Assembly: GCF_034676725.1 (NCBI RefSeq)
Contig: NZ_JAUCBR010000005.1
Coordinates: forward strand, 20,682 to 44,681
Reading direction: 5' to 3'
DNA from: Denitromonas sp.
Lineage (GTDB): Bacteria > Pseudomonadota > Gammaproteobacteria > Burkholderiales > Rhodocyclaceae
Length of the DNA stretch: 24,000 bases
The position numbers and the translations under genes are program-made. The notes beneath the pieces are model-generated. The model saw only the letters and a program-made list of their open reading frames with translations. It had not been told where the DNA came from and ran no database searches. Below are positions 21,811 through 24,000 of this stretch, in pieces; the first letter of the stretch is position 1; the number at the start of each line of letters is the position of its first letter.

Positions 21811-23070
21811 TCACTCGCCGCCTCGAACCACGCGCGGGCGCGCCTTCATGATGTCGGCCACCGCGTCCACGCCTGCCCGCAGCGGGCTGTCGAGAAGATG
21901 GGCATAGCGCTGCGTCGTCCGCATCTGCGAGTGCCCCAGCAGCTTCCCGATCATCTCGAGCGACGCGCCGCCGCTGACCAGCAGCGAGGCGAAGGTGTGG
22001 CGCAGATCGTGGATCCTGACGTCGGGCAGCTGCGCCGCAGTCTGGATCGCCGACCAGAACCGCCTGATCTCCTGCACGGGCTGATCCTTGGGCGAGCCGT
22101 CCGCGCCCACCGCGTCGCCGGGAAAGAGCCACTCGCAGCCCTTTGGCACCGCCACCCGCCGCTGGCGCACCAGCGCCGCCGTGTCGGCCGAGATCGGCAC
22201 GCGGTGCACGCGACGCTGCTTCGTGTTCGCAGCGGGCTTGGACCAAGTCCCGAGCTCGAGGTTGAACTGTTCGAACCGCGCCGTCCGGACCTCGCCCAGG
22301 CGCGCGCCGGTCAACATGCACATGCGAACGATGGCCGCGCCGCGCTGGTCCTCCGCCGCATGCAGGGCATCACCCAGCCGCGTGATTTCCTCGATGGAGA
22401 GGAACCGTTCCCGCTCGTTCTCCATCCGCCTGCGGAACGCTTCGGCCGGGTTGTCCGCGCGCATCTTCCACGCGACCGCAAGGTTGAACATCTTCCGCAG
22501 CACCTCGCCCACCCGGTTCGCCCGGATCGGCGTCGGTTTCGCGGGCGCGAGCGTCTTGCGCCGCGTCTTGGCCTTCTCCTTGGCCGGGCGCGCCCGCCCT
22601 TCCGCGATCTGGCCCAGCAGGCGCTCGACGTCGGCGGGCTCGATTTCGGCGACAAGGCGGTGCTTCCAGTGCGGCTCGACCAGCTTGCGAAGCATCGACG
22701 CCTGGTCGGATGCGTTGCGCGGAGCAAGGTGCGCGGCGTGCTCGCGCAGGTATCGGTCGATCAGGTCCGGGATCCGTGGCGCGGCGCGGATTTCCTCGCG
22801 CTCGGCCAGAGGGTCGATCCCGTCGTCAATGTCGCGGCGCAGCTGCTTCGCGCGGTCGCGCGCGGCGGCGACGCTCCACTCCGGCCAGCGCCCGATCGCC
22901 ATGCGACGCTGCCTCCCCTTGATCGTGAAGTCGAGGTAGAAGCCGCGGCTGCCGGTCCGTTGGATCACGGCCGAGAAGCCCAGCACCTCGTCGTCAAACA
23001 GCTGGTAGGGGCGGGCGCGAGGCTCCGCCGCCTTCACCAGTTTCTCGTTTAATCTCTGCCGGTTGGCCAT
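21811..23070 (-). CDS. int: tyrosine integrase (P4-type with DUF4102 arm-binding N-terminus)
   Basis: 419 aa from ATG 23070 (MANRQRLNEKLVKAAEPRARPYQLFDDEVLGFSAVIQRTGSRGFYLDF). Catalytic motifs HDLRHTFAS and GHSQMRTTQRYAH. The upstream 56 codons of the track ORF look non-coding. Confidence 0.9.
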   Translation of the reverse strand: MANRQRLNEKLVKAAEPRARPYQLFDDEVLGFSAVIQRTGSRGFYLDFTIKGRQRRMAIGRWPEWSVAAARDRAKQLRRDIDDGIDPLAEREEIRAAPRIPDLIDRYLREHAAHLAPRNASDQASMLRKLVEPHWKHRLVAEIEPADVERLLGQIAEGRARPAKEKAKTRRKTLAPAKPTPIRANRVGEVLRKMFNLAVAWKMRADNPAEAFRRRMENERERFLSIEEITRLGDALHAAEDQRGAAIVRMCMLTGARLGEVRTARFEQFNLELGTWSKPAANTKQRRVHRVPISADTAALVRQRRVAVPKGCEWLFPGDAVGADGSPKDQPVQEIRRFWSAIQTAAQLPDVRIHDLRHTFASLLVSGGASLEMIGKLLGHSQMRTTQRYAHLLDSPLRAGVDAVADIMKARPRVVRGGE

Positions 23071-23125
23071 TCGCGCACCACGTGAGACACGTCCCCTGAC
23101 GCCATTGAAGGCGGCACGGGTCAAG

Positions 23126-23284
23126 TCAAAGAACCAAGAAGAGGCCGATCCAGAAGAGGAGGCCGATGATTGCGCCCAGGGCGATCCACCATCCAGACGG
23201 GAAACGGATGGCCCGGCGCTGGCGTGCGGGGCAGTCACGTCCTTGGCGGCAGTCGTTGTTGCAGGGAGGGCAGGTCATGCGCAT
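23126..23284 (-). CDS. small Cys-rich single-TM membrane protein
   Basis: 50-52 aa: M(RM)TCPPCNNDCRQGRDCPARQRRAIRFPSGWWIALGAIIGLLFWIGLFLVL. The ATG at 23278 forms an ATGA overlap with the upstream stop. Confidence 0.5.
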   Translation of the reverse strand: MRMTCPPCNNDCRQGRDCPARQRRAIRFPSGWWIALGAIIGLLFWIGLFLVL

Positions 23285-24000
23285 TCGCCCTCGCTCTTTT
23301 GGCGAGCTTCGATCTCGCGAACTGCAGAATTGCTCCACTGCAAAGCAGCCGCTGCCATCATGCCGGGAAACGAACGACTCCGAAGGCGCGCACGATCAGG
23401 GCCAGGCGACATGCGATGAACCGCGTTCCACGCTTTCCACTCGTCAGAGTTCCGCGGCGGCTCTGCCAGCATGTCGGTTGGCACGAGCTCTGGCAGGCCG
23501 CGCAGATACCAGCCTGTGCCCTTGTAGGCTCGCTCGCCGAACCAGAACGGCTGCACCATCTGTGGCGCCGTAAGGTCTGCTGGCAACCGGTCCCGTGCGA
23601 GGTCATTCATCTCCGGGTTTTCGATCGCGACGCGGTCGATTGGCGCCTGCCAGCAGGTCGTGAACACGTCGACGCCCAGCTCAAACTCTGCGCGCATGTC
23701 CTCCCACGTTCGCCCCTTCGGAAGCTGTCGCGGCGGCGTCCATTTCCCTGGCCCGCTCATCCAGCGCCGCCCGGAGCGGCACAAACGCGTGCATGGAGGG
23801 TGCATCACCGCAAGCAGGTCCCAGCCCCATGTCAGGATCCCGTCGCGGACGTCGCAAATGATGTGGCGGTTTGATCCGTCCTCGGCTGGCTCTAGGTCGC
23901 AGCTCCAAACGTCGTGGCCGAGCGCCGAAAAGGCGCGCCTGGCAATTCCAGATGTCTCGCAGGCGACGAGGATGCGCAGCTGCAGGTTCTCAGGGGGCAT
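23275..24000 (-). CDS. C5-cytosine-methyltransferase-like protein
   Basis: 241 aa. LRILVACETSGIARRAFSALGHDVWSCDL is Rossmann/SAM-binding-like, HPPCTRL is a PC catalytic-type motif, and AIENP is ENV-like. The ATG sits exactly at the window edge, so the true start could lie further upstream. Confidence 0.6.
   Translation of the reverse strand: MPPENLQLRILVACETSGIARRAFSALGHDVWSCDLEPAEDGSNRHIICDVRDGILTWGWDLLAVMHPPCTRLCRSGRRWMSGPGKWTPPRQLPKGRTWEDMRAEFELGVDVFTTCWQAPIDRVAIENPEMNDLARDRLPADLTAPQMVQPFWFGERAYKGTGWYLRGLPELVPTDMLAEPPRNSDEWKAWNAVHRMSPGPDRARLRSRSFPGMMAAAALQWSNSAVREIEARQKSEGECA

Noticed and set aside
21763-23052. 429-aa plus-strand ORF (also 22088-22939)
   Set aside because: Antisense to the integrase, whose catalytic motifs are clear. 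Typical high-GC shadow ORF.

Overview
The window is almost entirely one high-GC temperate siphovirus-type prophage or phage genome segment. Several families (DUF3489, DUF6362-like, ParB-methyltransferase fusion, P4-type integrase) suggest an alphaproteobacterial host. All family names are my recognition of the translated ORFs; no database search was run. Nearly all real genes lie on the minus strand. Read right to left they are: a C5-methyltransferase-like gene, a tiny Cys-rich membrane peptide and a tyrosine integrase (24000-21811). Then comes a more A/T-rich immunity/accessory region with three plus-strand genes (20784-21790) and a divergent control region (20523-20783). Next is a tightly translationally coupled early operon (20522-14611): HTH regulator, several unknowns, DUF2303, N6-MTase, ASCH-like protein, VRR-NUC, replication initiator with internal iterons, and a DUF6362-like regulator. 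A structured 340-bp intergenic region follows (14272-14610), with octamer repeats, G/C homopolymer runs and an intrinsic terminator abutting the next gene. After it come a ParB-MTase fusion, a small membrane protein, and an opposite-strand 74-aa + DUF3489 cassette. The rest is a lambda-like packaging/head/tail module: small terminase, GpA-type large terminase, gpW-like protein, lambda-family portal, protease-capsid fusion, DUF2190, neck proteins, tail tube, G/GT chaperone with an A AAA AAC slippery site, and tape measure. The tape measure gene appears frame-disrupted several times within about 210 bp (540-750) and runs off the left edge. I recognised no rRNA, tRNA, CRISPR array, transposase, lysis genes or tail fibres. 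The long plus-strand ORFs in the track are antisense artefacts of high GC content. I found no clear, complete novel system. The leads most worth follow-up are the late-control/cos-like region, the MTase-ASCH-VRR-NUC triad, the antisense DUF3489 cassette, the micro-ORF that shares a membrane-anchor motif with an early gene, and the broken tape measure gene.
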